64,000 nucleotides of DNA from Eledone cirrhosa. Its lineage: Eukaryota. Below the pieces are notes generated by a model. It did not search any database. It had not been told where the DNA came from and was given only the letters and a program-made list of their open reading frames with translations. Below are positions 63,841 to 64,000 of this stretch, piece by piece. The stretch covers positions 186,744,001-186,808,000 of the forward strand of contig OZ024740.1 of the NCBI GenBank assembly GCA_964016885.1. Direction: 5' to 3'. Position numbers and translations under genes: made by a program. Position 1 is the stretch's first letter, and each line of letters opens with the position of its first letter.

Positions 63841-64000
63841 ATCATCATCATCATCATCATCAACGTTTAACGTCCGTGTTCCACGCTTGCATGGGTTTGG
63901 ACGGGGGTAGTCCCACTTGAGGCAAGAGTGATTGTCTTGCTCGCATAGGACTGTCTGGCAGGTTTTCTACAGTTGGATGCCCTTCCTAACACCAACCACA
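63841..64000 (-). mobile_element. 3' end of a young RTE copy running off the window
   Basis: Reverse complement of 57061-57218 with one mismatch found by eye. Confidence 0.92.

Overview
AT-rich, microsatellite-laden eukaryotic DNA with no confidently identifiable host gene. The repeat content (RTE LINEs with (GAT)n tails, tRNA-derived SINEs, TTAA MITEs, very many (TA)n tracts) suggests an intron or intergenic region of an octopod/coleoid cephalopod; this is inference. Main contents: (1) one RTE LINE with an uninterrupted endonuclease-RT ORF (53.6-57.2 kb), carrying a PHD finger inside the RT and an in-frame 47-aa duplication, plus many decayed RTE copies; (2) three families of Penelope-like (GIY-YIG) retroelements inserted in (TA)n tracts, usually as tail-out inverted pairs, each family with its own hammerhead ribozyme; (3) an ORF-less 427-nt hammerhead-bearing unit in partial tandem with a target-site duplication, a candidate retrozyme; (4) a 3.5-kb TC...CTAG Helitron-type insertion whose exact empty site occurs elsewhere in the window; (5) many fold-back palindromes. 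Seven hammerhead motifs of four types were read directly from the sequence. The most interesting system is the ribozyme-bearing, TA-targeting retroelement set. In family B, three separate insertions all end at the same two fixed points downstream of a variant (CAGAAGA) hammerhead. All alignments and folds were done by eye, so boundaries of decayed repeats are approximate.
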